From a virus (lineage: Duplodnaviria; Caudoviricetes), in the IMG/VR virus record IMGVR_UViG_3300025868_000002, positions 8,812 to 72,811 of that record: a stretch of DNA of 64,000 nucleotides; one strand, 5' to 3'. Shown piece by piece: positions 19,499 to 29,731 of this stretch (within the stretch, counting starts at the first letter, position 1; every line of letters starts with the position of its first letter). Made by a program: the position numbers and the translations under genes. The notes under the pieces were generated by a model. The model had not been told where the DNA came from. It did not search any database and was given only the letters and a program-made list of their open reading frames with translations.

Positions 19499-22400
19499 CT
19501 AACCTCTTCTGCCAATACGCCTATAGTCTCCGTTATATGCCTTGCTAATCCCGTCATAAGCAGCTTTTTCAGGGTCACCTTGATTGGAAGTAACCACAAT
19601 TACCGGAAGACCACCACCGATAAGTGCTGGAGACGGCGTAACAAAATCTGCCGGGGCATTTATTAATTTAGCAAGCAGATCAAATTTTTGGCTATTTCTA
19701 GTAATAGCCTCTGTATTCGACCGTAATGCGTCTGTATTTGCCTCATATATCTTTGGTTCTACCTGTTTGGGGGCACTTTTATGCCCACCGCCGAATAGAC
19801 CACCAACAATTCCACCCAATAAAGCACCAGCAACACCAGCAATAGGGTTAGCCTTAAATATTGCTAAGCCTGCTAGCTGACCAAATGATGATCCCAGCCC
19901 GGCATTCCTGGCGGCTTCCGCAGAATTCCCACCAGCCGCTGCTCCTAGCACTTGGCCAAGCATGCTACTCATGCCATATAGCAATGCATTGCTTGCTTGT
20001 GTTTTTGCAAGCTGTCGTGCTGATAACAAATTTCCTTCAATATCGTATTGCTGCCCAATGATTTGTATATCGTTTAATCTGTTTATTCCCTTATTTGTGC
20101 CTGTAACTCCTTCAATAAATTTTTTATCTGTAGCTGTTGGTGATGGCGAAAAATTATAAAATACGCCAGCATCATTTTTTTCCGGTGTCCCCTGCACCAA
20201 CGGATTCGCAAGATATGCTGATGCCCCCCGCTGTATCCCAGAAATAATATGACTTTCTAAAATACCACCACCAATATCATAAGTATTCAGTTGCTTTGCT
20301 TCATCAACACTAATCTCAAATGTGGCTGTTCCAAGGCTTTTTTCAGAAAATCCCCTTAAAGAGTCGCTAAGATACGTTTTTAACTTATCTGAAAGGAAAG
20401 ATTTCCACGCATCCGCAATAGGGGTAAGCAGTTTAACTAAACCGCCATTTTCAGTAACTATGGCACCAATATTGTTTAGTATACCAACAAGGGCGTCTGC
20501 ATAATTTGTGGCTAAGCTGTTTATGTCGGATTGTGCCTGCTTATTATATTCCAAAAGGGTATTTAATTTTATAAGCTGCTTCTCCCTTTCCTCACCTATT
20601 ATAATTCTTTGTTTTTCATAAGTATTTGATTCCAACTCTTTATTAAGTTGCTGACTAAGTGTATCTAATTGTTTCTTTTGATTGTCACTTAACTCTTTGG
20701 AGAATTTTGGCAATTCACCGCTAGCCACGACCATATCTAACAAAGCATTAAGGTTATCCCGGTTAACACCTAAAGCTGAAACTTGGGCCTTATATGTAGC
20801 TATAATATTATTCCGTTGATCTTCTACAGCCCTTTTTTGCAGCTTAAATGATTCTGTTGCAGAATCTATAGAAACAGAGTACTTTTTAAATATATCGCTA
20901 CCAGCCAATAATTCTCTATTGGCTGTTACAACACCTAACACTTTCTTGGAATATTGCCCATATTGCTGTATAAGTTTTGCGTTTTCTTCCCTTACACCAG
21001 TTATACTATTAATGGTTAGGGTATACTCATTATTTATTGATCTCAATCTTTCTTTATATTTAGTATAAATACTTATTAGTTCTTCATTCTTTTTTCTTTC
21101 TTTATCTATCAATTCTTGATTGTATTTTTTTTCATTATATAAATTAGCGTTTGCTTCCACAAGCCCTGTAATCTTTTTAGTAAGGTCCTGAACTGTGAGT
21201 GCTTCCTTATCCGTTAATTCTGAGCTTTTATTAATTTTTTGTAATCTATCTCTATAAATACCAAGTAATTTAGAATTACTTTTAATCTGCGCGTCATAAT
21301 TTTCTAATGATGCATTACTTATTATTTCTGATGATTCCTTTATTCTTCCTTGCAATTTTGACAAAACGGTTGATGATAGATCTTTACCAAAAATTGCTGC
21401 TGATTCAAGTGCCCTATTAAAAGATAATTCGACAAGCTTTACTCCGGATGCTAATTTAGCAAGACCACTATAGCCACTAGTAATTTTCTTCGGTAAATCA
21501 CCAATTCCGTCTCCTCCGGCGGTAGCAACCTTAATTATATTTTTTATCTGCTCAATAAATGCTTTTGTTTTTGGATCTGACTCGTCAAATGTTTTATTTA
21601 TTGCTCTCATTCTTTCAGCATATGTTTCTAATGCTTCTTTTGAAGCATCTGATTGCAGATAATTAGGAAGAATATTAGACTGCAACACTATATCAGATAC
21701 TTTCGCCTGTACATTATTGATATCCGTAATTTTTCCATACATATCTGATACTTGACCTTTAATAACATTAGGGTCAACCACTAAATTTGGCGTGGCATTT
21801 AGTTTATATTTAATACCACCGGCATATCGCGGGGACTGCATGCTAGCAGCTAATTCATGGTTAGCAACAATAAAGTTTGAAAGAAGCCGTGTCATAAACT
21901 CATTTATTTGTGCCTTTATTTCTGGATCGCTTATTTGCTTGGGGTCAAACAATGCCCCAAAAGCTGTATCGGGATCAAATGTTAGTTTGTCTAATTCATC
22001 TTGTACTGCTTTATTTAAGGCAGGGCCAATTTGATTCAGTGTCACAATTTCCTTTGGAAGATTACTGATAATACCATTAAGAACCCCACCAAGATCTAAA
22101 CCACTAAGAGTGGTAAAAGCGTCACCTATATCATACGCGTTATCCGCAATATTAGCGGCATCTAATTCGGAATTGATTTTGACAAAAGCAAGGCCAACTT
22201 TTTCTAATTGTGCTCGGTATGTATCAAGCTCCTGACCAGCACCAAGCCTGGTAGTGTTAATAAAACCAATTATATCGGACATTCCCTGCACAGAATCTTT
22301 AACTGCTTTTGCTTTTTCCTCGGCAGTTGTAAAACCGCCTTCCATCTTTTCCAGGGCTGCTACAATTTGATCATAAGTAATATTACTTAAATCTTTTGAC

Positions 22401-24256
22401 ACACCTTTAAGATTTGTTAATATTCCTAACAATGAGTTAGCTGCAAACTTACCCTCAGTGAAAACTTTTGGGCCAAGATACTTGCCTATTGCCGAAACAC
22501 CACCAAGATCTTTAAACTGTTTAGACACCGCATAATAACGGTTTAACATGTCTATAACATCTTTACCTGCATTAGCGAACCCCTTGTAAACATGTGATAA
22601 ATCTTTTACTGGTGGTGTAGCGTCTTCTGTGGCTTTCTTAAATATTCCAAAATAAGAAATAACACCTAAAATAACAGCGCCAACTGTTAACAATATTGGA
22701 GACAAATTTGCAACTAAAAGTTTTTCAATATGTGACAAAGCCGCTCCAAATGCAAAAAGTGATGTTAAACTACTCGTAGTAAACACACCAAAAAGCTCCC
22801 AAGCCGCAACGGTAAACACACGAAGAGCAACAGTTACCCCAGCTATGAGTGGCCAAATTTTCTTTAAAATAAAAAAGTTAACTAATACAGTAGCAAAAAA
22901 TCCTGTAACTTTAATAGCGGTTGCAATAGATGAAGCATACTTCTTTATAAAATCTGCTGTATGCTGCAAATTCTTTGCAAAATTAGCAAGACCTTCGTTA
23001 GCATCTGTTGTATGGGAAAAAGCGGCAATAATAGCTAATCCAGCGTTTGTAATTTTGGTTTTGAAAATTTCAAACTGTCTAGAAGTTGAAGTAATCTCAA
23101 TCTGTTGGGCCTCCAAAGCGGCACCAAAAGAATTTGATGCCGATGCCGCAGCGCTTAATGCTGTGTCATAATTATCCATTAAACTAATAACCTGTGCATA
23201 ACGCCTACGAGCACCAAGGGCGAATGCTATACTAATTTTTTCTTGCTTGCTTAAATTTTTCCACTTAATGGCTACTTCATCAAGTATTTGTGAAAGTGGC
23301 TTAAATTCCGTGGCTGTTTTGTTTATATCAATACCAATAATTTTTAATTGATTAGTACCCACACCAGTAAAGATACGAGAAAAAATGGTAGATAAAGCAG
23401 TACCAATAAACTCACCACTTTTTCGCGTGCTCTCCTTTAAAGAAGTAATAATTCCGATAACGTGATCTATATCCCCCCCAAATTGCTCAACAACAGGGCC
23501 AACTCTACGTAAAGCAACAGCAATATCCTGTGTAGAAACTGCGTAATTGGCCTGAACATTCTGCAATTTATCAATGAGTGTTATTGATCTTTCTGCGGAA
23601 ATATTAAAAACAGACATAGAGCCAATCATAAGCTCAATGCTCTCTTGGGCGGATAACCCGGAAGCAGTAACAGCTAATAATTGAGAATTGGTTAACGTTA
23701 TAACTTGGGCTGTATCAAACCCTTGTTGGAAGAATAATCTTTGAGTTTCGGCAATTTCTTTAAAAGCGACACCAAATTGTTCCGCAGAACTTAAAATATT
23801 TGCCCTAATTGGGGCAATATCAAAAGACGGGCCACGAATTTTTTGTATATCAACTAAAGTTTTATTTAAAGCAATAGTATTCTTTAATGCGTCGCCAATA
23901 CCCTGTATTGTGTTAAAAACAAGCCTGGAAGCAGCTCCCCATAGGACAACACGACGAATAGCAGTAAAAATATCACTATTAAATTCTTTTACTCCCGCAT
24001 TTGCACCATTAACTCCCTTAGCAACCTCCCTAGCCTTGTTGGCAGCTTCCCCAAGATTCTTATTAGCCTGCTTGGTGGCATCACCAGCAGTTTTACTCAT
24101 CGCCGCTGATGTGCTGTTACTTATACTTTTGCCAAGGGCAGCAACTCTACCCCCAAGCTTTGCCTCCATTTGTGACAATGCGGCATCAATACCACGCATC
24201 ATTTGCGTAGGATCAAATACACCTGTAATTACAAATCTTGCAGTATCTGAAGCCAT
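19499..24256 (-). CDS. Tail tape measure protein (TP901-like core)
   Basis: 1585 aa, helical and Ala/Leu-rich; LVDIQK...EIAETQRLFFQQG...IGTALSTIFSRI core; C-terminal Gly/Ala-rich hydrophobic segment; follows the tail chaperones. Confidence 0.92.
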   Translation of the reverse strand: MASDTARFVITGVFDPTQMMRGIDAALSQMEAKLGGRVAALGKSISNSTSAAMSKTAGDATKQANKNLGEAANKAREVAKGVNGANAGVKEFNSDIFTAIRRVVLWGAASRLVFNTIQGIGDALKNTIALNKTLVDIQKIRGPSFDIAPIRANILSSAEQFGVAFKEIAETQRLFFQQGFDTAQVITLTNSQLLAVTASGLSAQESIELMIGSMSVFNISAERSITLIDKLQNVQANYAVSTQDIAVALRRVGPVVEQFGGDIDHVIGIITSLKESTRKSGEFIGTALSTIFSRIFTGVGTNQLKIIGIDINKTATEFKPLSQILDEVAIKWKNLSKQEKISIAFALGARRRYAQVISLMDNYDTALSAAASASNSFGAALEAQQIEITSTSRQFEIFKTKITNAGLAIIAAFSHTTDANEGLANFAKNLQHTADFIKKYASSIATAIKVTGFFATVLVNFFILKKIWPLIAGVTVALRVFTVAAWELFGVFTTSSLTSLFAFGAALSHIEKLLVANLSPILLTVGAVILGVISYFGIFKKATEDATPPVKDLSHVYKGFANAGKDVIDMLNRYYAVSKQFKDLGGVSAIGKYLGPKVFTEGKFAANSLLGILTNLKGVSKDLSNITYDQIVAALEKMEGGFTTAEEKAKAVKDSVQGMSDIIGFINTTRLGAGQELDTYRAQLEKVGLAFVKINSELDAANIADNAYDIGDAFTTLSGLDLGGVLNGIISNLPKEIVTLNQIGPALNKAVQDELDKLTFDPDTAFGALFDPKQISDPEIKAQINEFMTRLLSNFIVANHELAASMQSPRYAGGIKYKLNATPNLVVDPNVIKGQVSDMYGKITDINNVQAKVSDIVLQSNILPNYLQSDASKEALETYAERMRAINKTFDESDPKTKAFIEQIKNIIKVATAGGDGIGDLPKKITSGYSGLAKLASGVKLVELSFNRALESAAIFGKDLSSTVLSKLQGRIKESSEIISNASLENYDAQIKSNSKLLGIYRDRLQKINKSSELTDKEALTVQDLTKKITGLVEANANLYNEKKYNQELIDKERKKNEELISIYTKYKERLRSINNEYTLTINSITGVREENAKLIQQYGQYSKKVLGVVTANRELLAGSDIFKKYSVSIDSATESFKLQKRAVEDQRNNIIATYKAQVSALGVNRDNLNALLDMVVASGELPKFSKELSDNQKKQLDTLSQQLNKELESNTYEKQRIIIGEEREKQLIKLNTLLEYNKQAQSDINSLATNYADALVGILNNIGAIVTENGGLVKLLTPIADAWKSFLSDKLKTYLSDSLRGFSEKSLGTATFEISVDEAKQLNTYDIGGGILESHIISGIQRGASAYLANPLVQGTPEKNDAGVFYNFSPSPTATDKKFIEGVTGTNKGINRLNDIQIIGQQYDIEGNLLSARQLAKTQASNALLYGMSSMLGQVLGAAAGGNSAEAARNAGLGSSFGQLAGLAIFKANPIAGVAGALLGGIVGGLFGGGHKSAPKQVEPKIYEANTDALRSNTEAITRNSQKFDLLAKLINAPADFVTPSPALIGGGLPVIVVTSNQGDPEKAAYDGISKAYNGDYRRIGRRG

Positions 24257-24267
24257 TTAATTCTCCG

Positions 24268-24594
24268 TTAAAATTTTATTACATTTTTATGACTGCTTGC
24301 AGTTTTGCGACTAGGCGAATAACCAGAACTAGCATTTCCTCGTTGCTTCGCTATGTAAGAAGAAAACCAAGCATCAAATTTTTCATCATCTTCAATAACC
24401 TGTTCTGAAGGGGCCTCGCTATACGGCAAAGAAAAAGCCCAATCATAGGTTTGCAACCAATGCAATAGCCACAATTGAGCATAGGAAAGATCTGATGCTA
24501 TCTCAACAGGAAACATTGAAATTCCACAGCGGCTACTTTCTCGCCATCGTAATTGAACAAATTTATTACGAGCTAGTCGCCTAAGTGTAAAAAA
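24268..24594 (-). CDS. Tail assembly chaperone, -1 frame extension (G-T-like fusion product)
   Basis: The frame is open from the T-TTT-TTA slippery site at 24588-24594 into the 82-aa ORF 24268-24516. Confidence 0.8.
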   Translation of the reverse strand, partial: FFTLRRLARNKFVQLRWRESSRCGISMFPVEIASDLSYAQLWLLHWLQTYDWAFSLPYSEAPSEQVIEDDEKFDAWFSSYIAKQRGNASSGYSPSRKTASSHKNVIKF

Positions 24595-25232
24595 TCAGAA
24601 ATACCTTCTCCCGACCAAAAATATTTAGCATCCATTAGTATAGTCTCAAATTTCTTAAGATCAGTTTCTTGCTCTATACATTCACGACTATTGTATAAGG
24701 GAAGTTCATTTCCTGATTCATCAATGGCAAAAACACAATTTAATAACATATATATTGTTCTTTCTGTTTCAGCAATTGCTTCAACAGAAGTGTTTGTCAA
24801 AGAGCCTAACTGCATAACCATATTAGTTTTCTCTGCCCTATATTGAGAAATCTGATTTTGAATTTTATTTTTTTTGTCTTTTACTTTTACTTTTTTTAAT
24901 TCTTCTTTTGCGTCAACAATTAAAATATCAAGTTCAACAAGTCGCTTTTCATCATTTTTAGTCCATATCCCTCTTTTTTCTGCGCGTAAAAGCAATTCTT
25001 TTGCAGTCAAATAATCGTCATCCTGGAGCAATTTATTATAGTTCTTTGCGTACAAAGCTTCTGCTATTTGCTTTTGGGTTACAGAGGGCAACTTATACTT
25101 AACTGTTAATGCAAAGCCATTTTTATCTTCAGTGTAAGTCTCAACTTTAGTACCGTTAACAATTATATTTAAGATATTTTCATCTTTTTTTAAGTCTTCC
25201 TGCTCAGAAAGCATTTCAGTTGTATCCTTCAT
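24573..25232 (-). CDS. Tail assembly chaperone (G-like)
   Basis: Lies between the tube and tape measure genes; strong AGGAGG RBS; ends just after a slippery heptamer. Confidence 0.8.
   Translation of the reverse strand: MKDTTEMLSEQEDLKKDENILNIIVNGTKVETYTEDKNGFALTVKYKLPSVTQKQIAEALYAKNYNKLLQDDDYLTAKELLLRAEKRGIWTKNDEKRLVELDILIVDAKEELKKVKVKDKKNKIQNQISQYRAEKTNMVMQLGSLTNTSVEAIAETERTIYMLLNCVFAIDESGNELPLYNSRECIEQETDLKKFETILMDAKYFWSGEGISDFLHLGD
24588..24594 (-). other. -1 ribosomal frameshift slippery heptamer U UUU UUA
   Basis: Minus strand reads GAT TTT TTA CAC, an in-phase X XXY YYZ heptamer; the -1 frame continues without a stop into the downstream ORF. Confidence 0.82.
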
Positions 25233-25248
25233 ACCATCCTCCTAAAAT

Positions 25249-25270
25249 AGGGGGCCAAAGCAGGCCCCCT
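25249..25270 (-). terminator. GC-rich hairpin after the tail tube gene; likely partial terminator
   Basis: AGGGGGCC-6nt-GGCCCCCT followed by ATTTT on the minus strand. Confidence 0.65.
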
Positions 25271-25276
25271 TAGTTC

Positions 25277-26599
25277 CTATCTACCAACCAACCCGGTTCC
25301 AATATAATCTGCACTATTAAACTGTAAATCAAATGTCTGTGCACCACGACCAGGTACATCCCGAGAATCACTAACAGACGTAACTTTACCGCCTAAGAAT
25401 CTTATAGATTTCAGCAAAGTACTTTGTGCATGAAGCAAATAATCTTTAGTATTAAAAACATCAATACGTAACCCAATATTACTCATACTCTGGAAGTCAG
25501 AAAGCGATAATGTTGTAACATCTGATGCACTTGTATTCCACTCGTTGAATTTTCCGGCTACCATAGCCCACATCTCAAGGTCAGAATCATTAACAGTAAT
25601 TGTAGCTGTAATACTTGTGCTATTAAGACCCTTATAATATGTGCCTGTATAAATCTGTTTCAAGTCCTCTCTGTCAAACGAGATTTCGTAATCGACAGAT
25701 TGAACTCTGAGCATTTTGTAATCAACAGATCCAGTAACACCGGGTATAGGCTCAGTGGAGACTTGTGTAGTATCCCACATTATAATTTCAAGTTCACCCT
25801 CTTTGACACCACCAACGTTAGACGCAACATCCTGCCCAATTGTGGGGAAAACAGGAGTATTGGAAACCCAGATGTAACGGAATCTGCCAGAAGGACCAAA
25901 ACTATATCCATTCTCCCCTGTGATATCACCAGTGGCATTTTGACCCCAGTATGTATCACTAAGTAGGACACCATCTTCTGTTAAGTAGGCAACACTACCA
26001 TCAGTATGTGTTACATCAAGATGACCAGCGGGACCGCTTACAAGGTCAGGGATACCAATTCTTGCCCCAGCCCAAACATTAAGGAACCATCGCTGTGAAG
26101 CCCCAGAAATCGAAACTGATTCTGTAGCAAAACCATCAACCTGGTAAGTACCTGAAATGCTGTCAATAAAGCAGTTATTAAACCACAATGCCCTAGAAGA
26201 CGCTGTTGCAGATTCAGATTCCTTAATAGAAACCAAGAAGTCTGTGGCGACATCACCAAAAGTGGTATGACTAATAGTTCCATCGTTGCTGTTGGTATTA
26301 TCAGCATTCAGAACACCGTCTGCATACAAAGCAGTATCTGCGTGAGAAGGGTAAGAATGATACCCCGATAATTGGTTCAATATATTAATAGAGCCAAACT
26401 CGTTTAAATCAATTGTTATGGACACAGAAGGATCTGAATCCACAACTTCAACTATGTTTGCATCTGTAAGCTGATTAACTTCTTCAGAGTTTAAGTCACC
26501 TGTATAGCCAAGTGACTGTACACGTTGGCAAACATACTCTTCAGCAAGTAATGCTGCTTGTGGATGCCTAATTTCATTAGGTTTATTTCCGTAACTCAC
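25277..26599 (-). CDS. Major tail tube protein with an apparent internal duplication
   Basis: Position upstream of the chaperones; two similar segments QRVQSLGY...SVSITIDLNE and LRVQSVDY...SITATITVND. Confidence 0.75.
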   Translation of the reverse strand: MSYGNKPNEIRHPQAALLAEEYVCQRVQSLGYTGDLNSEEVNQLTDANIVEVVDSDPSVSITIDLNEFGSINILNQLSGYHSYPSHADTALYADGVLNADNTNSNDGTISHTTFGDVATDFLVSIKESESATASSRALWFNNCFIDSISGTYQVDGFATESVSISGASQRWFLNVWAGARIGIPDLVSGPAGHLDVTHTDGSVAYLTEDGVLLSDTYWGQNATGDITGENGYSFGPSGRFRYIWVSNTPVFPTIGQDVASNVGGVKEGELEIIMWDTTQVSTEPIPGVTGSVDYKMLRVQSVDYEISFDREDLKQIYTGTYYKGLNSTSITATITVNDSDLEMWAMVAGKFNEWNTSASDVTTLSLSDFQSMSNIGLRIDVFNTKDYLLHAQSTLLKSIRFLGGKVTSVSDSRDVPGRGAQTFDLQFNSADYIGTGLVGR

Positions 26600-26619
26600 T
26601 AGTAGCCTCCTTAGCCAAG

Positions 26620-27192
26620 TTATCTTAGCGTAAAGGTATTATCGTATTCAGCCACCGCATCACAAGTGACTTCTATTGAAAACTTCTTCGAAAGATCTGT
26701 TTCTACAAAAACATTATATAACCTTGTTGATATAACATCCTCACATGTAATAACACCAATTAAGGCATTATTGTTAACGTTGTAATTTATAATAGGAATC
26801 GGATTCTTTTCAAGCACAGACGTTATAAAATCGCATAAGTTAATATTTTGTGCCTTATTTTCAGCGGCGATAACAAAAGACAGTGTATATATTTTCCTCT
26901 TAGAATTTGTGCCTAATTCTATTGATTCTGCGGTGTCCGATACTATATCATAGGATATAATGGGCAAAACCATTTGCGTTCTGTAATCTGTATAATCCTG
27001 CTTTCTAACTACCCTTTTTGTCTCTAAATCATCAATCCAAGCAAACCCAGAAACAAAATTTACGGGTGTTGTGCCGTCCGGCCTGTACACTATATCATAC
27101 CCATATTCAGAGAGTATATTGCTAAAATACCAACCTATTGATATCTCAACCAATAAATCAATCCCATATTGTGTGGAATCAAATAATTGCAT
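26620..27192 (-). CDS. Putative tail terminator / completion protein
   Basis: Immediately upstream of the tube gene; LPIISYDIVSD...IELG...YTLSFVIAA pattern. Confidence 0.55.
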   Translation of the reverse strand: MQLFDSTQYGIDLLVEISIGWYFSNILSEYGYDIVYRPDGTTPVNFVSGFAWIDDLETKRVVRKQDYTDYRTQMVLPIISYDIVSDTAESIELGTNSKRKIYTLSFVIAAENKAQNINLCDFITSVLEKNPIPIINYNVNNNALIGVITCEDVISTRLYNVFVETDLSKKFSIEVTCDAVAEYDNTFTLR

Positions 27193-28004
27193 TACCGAAA
27201 CCTCGTTTTTTTAGCGATTACGCTCCTGACACCATTAATAACAGACTCTTTAAAAATATATTTATCCTGCTTATATATTTTTCTATTTGTATCTAGCATA
27301 AAATAAATACCAGCCGCTTTTCTTTGATCCCTTGCCACCCAAGTAACAGCGTGAGAATAATGCCACCGTGAAAAACCGTCGTTTACTGTAGTATACCTCA
27401 TTGCAGTTGGAGACGAAATTTGATACTGTGCCCTCTTACCAAACTCAAATAATCGCCATAAAGAATATTTGGGGTTTAGCTTTGATGTTTGTCCTATTTT
27501 TTTTATAGTTATTTTCTTACTTGGAGCTGTTGCAAATCCGGATGTGTTATGGTATTGTCTAAACTTACTGTCTAATACGGACAAGTTTGTCATACTATCC
27601 ATACGATTAATATTACCAGTTCGCATTATAACGGATTTTATGCCATGCCTTCTAAACATTGTGACAGGCTTTGGACCAAGGGTATAATTTTTAAACTTAT
27701 CAGATTTTGTAATGGCGCTTAAAACAGTTTTTACCCTATTAGAAGAAGAAGTATATACACTTTTAACCCTTGCACGTTCACCAGCCTGTATTTTTTCAAC
27801 TGGTTTGTGACTTTCTGCTTCTATTAAAAGATCCCTCTGTATTGCTACCGCAAGTTTATCTGCTTCTTTATAAATATCCTTCATATCCAAAACAAGATAA
27901 AATATATTTCTTCCGCCAACCCTATGACGTGTTTTTCCAACTGGAACTAAGTTAACCATCTGTATTGTTGTCCCCAAATATAATTGTATTATGCGAGCCG
28001 ACAA
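27192..28004 (-). CDS. Putative neck / tail completion protein (basic)
   Basis: Neck module position; WRLFEFGKRA motif resembles HK97 gp10-like proteins. Confidence 0.45.
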   Translation of the reverse strand: MSARIIQLYLGTTIQMVNLVPVGKTRHRVGGRNIFYLVLDMKDIYKEADKLAVAIQRDLLIEAESHKPVEKIQAGERARVKSVYTSSSNRVKTVLSAITKSDKFKNYTLGPKPVTMFRRHGIKSVIMRTGNINRMDSMTNLSVLDSKFRQYHNTSGFATAPSKKITIKKIGQTSKLNPKYSLWRLFEFGKRAQYQISSPTAMRYTTVNDGFSRWHYSHAVTWVARDQRKAAGIYFMLDTNRKIYKQDKYIFKESVINGVRSVIAKKTRFR

Positions 28005-28188
28005 CTCTTGACAACCTATTAATTTGGTTTAAAACTGTATCACGAACTATATCTTTTTTATCTGGAGTTAAATCCTCGTAATTTGTGTATTTCTCTATAA
28101 TTAACATAATCTTACTAATTGATCTATTAGTCTCTAAATCTAAATAATTTTTATTTCCCCCAAATGAAAATTCCCTTTGTGAACGCAT
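27952..28188 (-). CDS. Hypothetical protein
   Basis: 78-aa ORF with GGAG RBS, filling the gap in the neck module. Confidence 0.5.
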   Translation of the reverse strand: MRSQREFSFGGNKNYLDLETNRSISKIMLIIEKYTNYEDLTPDKKDIVRDTVLNQINRLSRVVGSHNTIIFGDNNTDG

Positions 28189-28206
28189 AACTTATCTCCT
28201 ATATGC

Positions 28207-28668
28207 CTAATTTTTCTTAGAAATTATAACTCGTACCTGATAAAATAAAGAAGAAAAATCAATCGAAAGTATTTCAAAATGTTCGTCATCTATAATGACT
28301 TCTTTTGAATACTTAAAACAATTATCGTTAAAATAATGGGATGTTGTAGAATCACTAATACTAGCGTGCAAAACATATTTTTGATAATTAAAGTCTCCAG
28401 CTTTTGATTCTTCCAATGAATTAATACCCATCGCAGCCTCGGAAGCATAGTCAACTTTTGCACAAGGCACAACCTCATAAACTAATGTTTCTATATAGCC
28501 TTTATTATTACAACTAACACAATAATAAGGAGGAGAATTTAACATAGAAAATTCGTTATATTTTCCGAGGCAGGTGCAATCACTTTTTATAGGTGGAAGT
28601 AACACAGTTGTATCATACTGTTTTATATATTTATACCGTAAATTATTTAAATAATTACCGTAATCCAT
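28207..28668 (-). CDS. Putative head closure protein with a CxC...CxxC Zn site
   Basis: CTC...YYCVSC; position after the connector gene. Confidence 0.5.
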   Translation of the reverse strand: MDYGNYLNNLRYKYIKQYDTTVLLPPIKSDCTCLGKYNEFSMLNSPPYYCVSCNNKGYIETLVYEVVPCAKVDYASEAAMGINSLEESKAGDFNYQKYVLHASISDSTTSHYFNDNCFKYSKEVIIDDEHFEILSIDFSSLFYQVRVIISKKN

Positions 28669-29117
28669 TATAAGGTATCCCTAGCATATAAATCAACCTC
28701 ATACCCACCAACTCTTTGCATATTATATGCTAATATTTTTTGGTTTAGTATTCTCTTAATTTCTTTTTGTTCTTTATATACTGTACTTAATAGTGTTTTT
28801 GTGTCTACCCTCTCAGAACCTAGCCCTATAGAAATTCCTATTCCTTCTGTGATTAACCTATTACCATAATTACTAAATATTGTGTATATAGTCGCATATT
28901 TTATAACTTCCCAAAAGTAGTTGTTACCTATTTCGTTTATTGTGTAATCCCATATAGAAGTGCCGTCGGTAATAATGGCATTCACATTTAATAAGCTGCT
29001 ATACCGTTTTATTGCTATTTTAGCAAATGTGTTTATTTCATTATCAGTGTATGATGTTGAATCTATAAGCTCATAACGAATCTCTCCAATAAAATTATCA
29101 GGCAAATTGGTAGCCAT
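28668..29117 (-). CDS. Putative head-tail connector
   Basis: Helical 149-aa ORF two genes downstream of the capsid gene. Confidence 0.5.
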   Translation of the reverse strand: MATNLPDNFIGEIRYELIDSTSYTDNEINTFAKIAIKRYSSLLNVNAIITDGTSIWDYTINEIGNNYFWEVIKYATIYTIFSNYGNRLITEGIGISIGLGSERVDTKTLLSTVYKEQKEIKRILNQKILAYNMQRVGGYEVDLYARDTL

Positions 29118-29124
29118 TATATAC

Positions 29125-29661
29125 CTACTTATCTAATTCATCCGAATCATCTGCAATATTTATTTTTTTGCTTAAGTTAGCCTTAGATATTTTGGTTGTA
29201 CCTTTGTTATTATTTTTTTTAATTTTATTTAAAGATTCCATAAATCTCATAATAGAATCACTTTTATCAGATTCAATACCGATATCTTTTCTTGACTGTA
29301 AAAATTGGGAAAAAATAACTTTTTCTGCGGAATTCAGCGATAAAGCAAATTCTTTAATTGATTGCTCATCTTGAACAAAAGCGGTTATCATTTCGTTTTC
29401 AGTTAATTCATTAACAGTGTTAGAAATTTTAACTTGCCCATCAATAATACTTATTGTGTCATTTAATTTTATGAAACGGCCAAAACCTGGCCTATTCTTA
29501 TAAGCAACAAATTCTGTCCAGGTAATTTGGGCTGTTTCGCCAGGTTTTAATAATGTACATTTGCCATCAGCGCGTTCTAACGATAGCATACCATTAGATA
29601 TATTATCAACTAAAACAGCCGCATATGGATCTTTAACGTATGTCCCTCTCTTTGAACTCAT
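29125..29661 (-). CDS. Hypothetical protein following the capsid gene
   Basis: 178-aa ORF with AGGAGG RBS. Confidence 0.55.
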   Translation of the reverse strand: MSSKRGTYVKDPYAAVLVDNISNGMLSLERADGKCTLLKPGETAQITWTEFVAYKNRPGFGRFIKLNDTISIIDGQVKISNTVNELTENEMITAFVQDEQSIKEFALSLNSAEKVIFSQFLQSRKDIGIESDKSDSIMRFMESLNKIKKNNNKGTTKISKANLSKKINIADDSDELDK

Positions 29662-29681
29662 AAATTCATCCTCCTTAACCT

Positions 29682-29721
29682 AAAAAATTGAGGCACCAGA
29701 CAACAAAATCTGATGCCTCAA
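29682..29721 (-). terminator. Intrinsic terminator after the major capsid gene
   Basis: TTGAGGCA.CAGA / TCTG.TGCCTCAA stem followed by a T-tract on the minus strand. Confidence 0.7.
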
Positions 29722-29731
29722 TATTGTTTCA

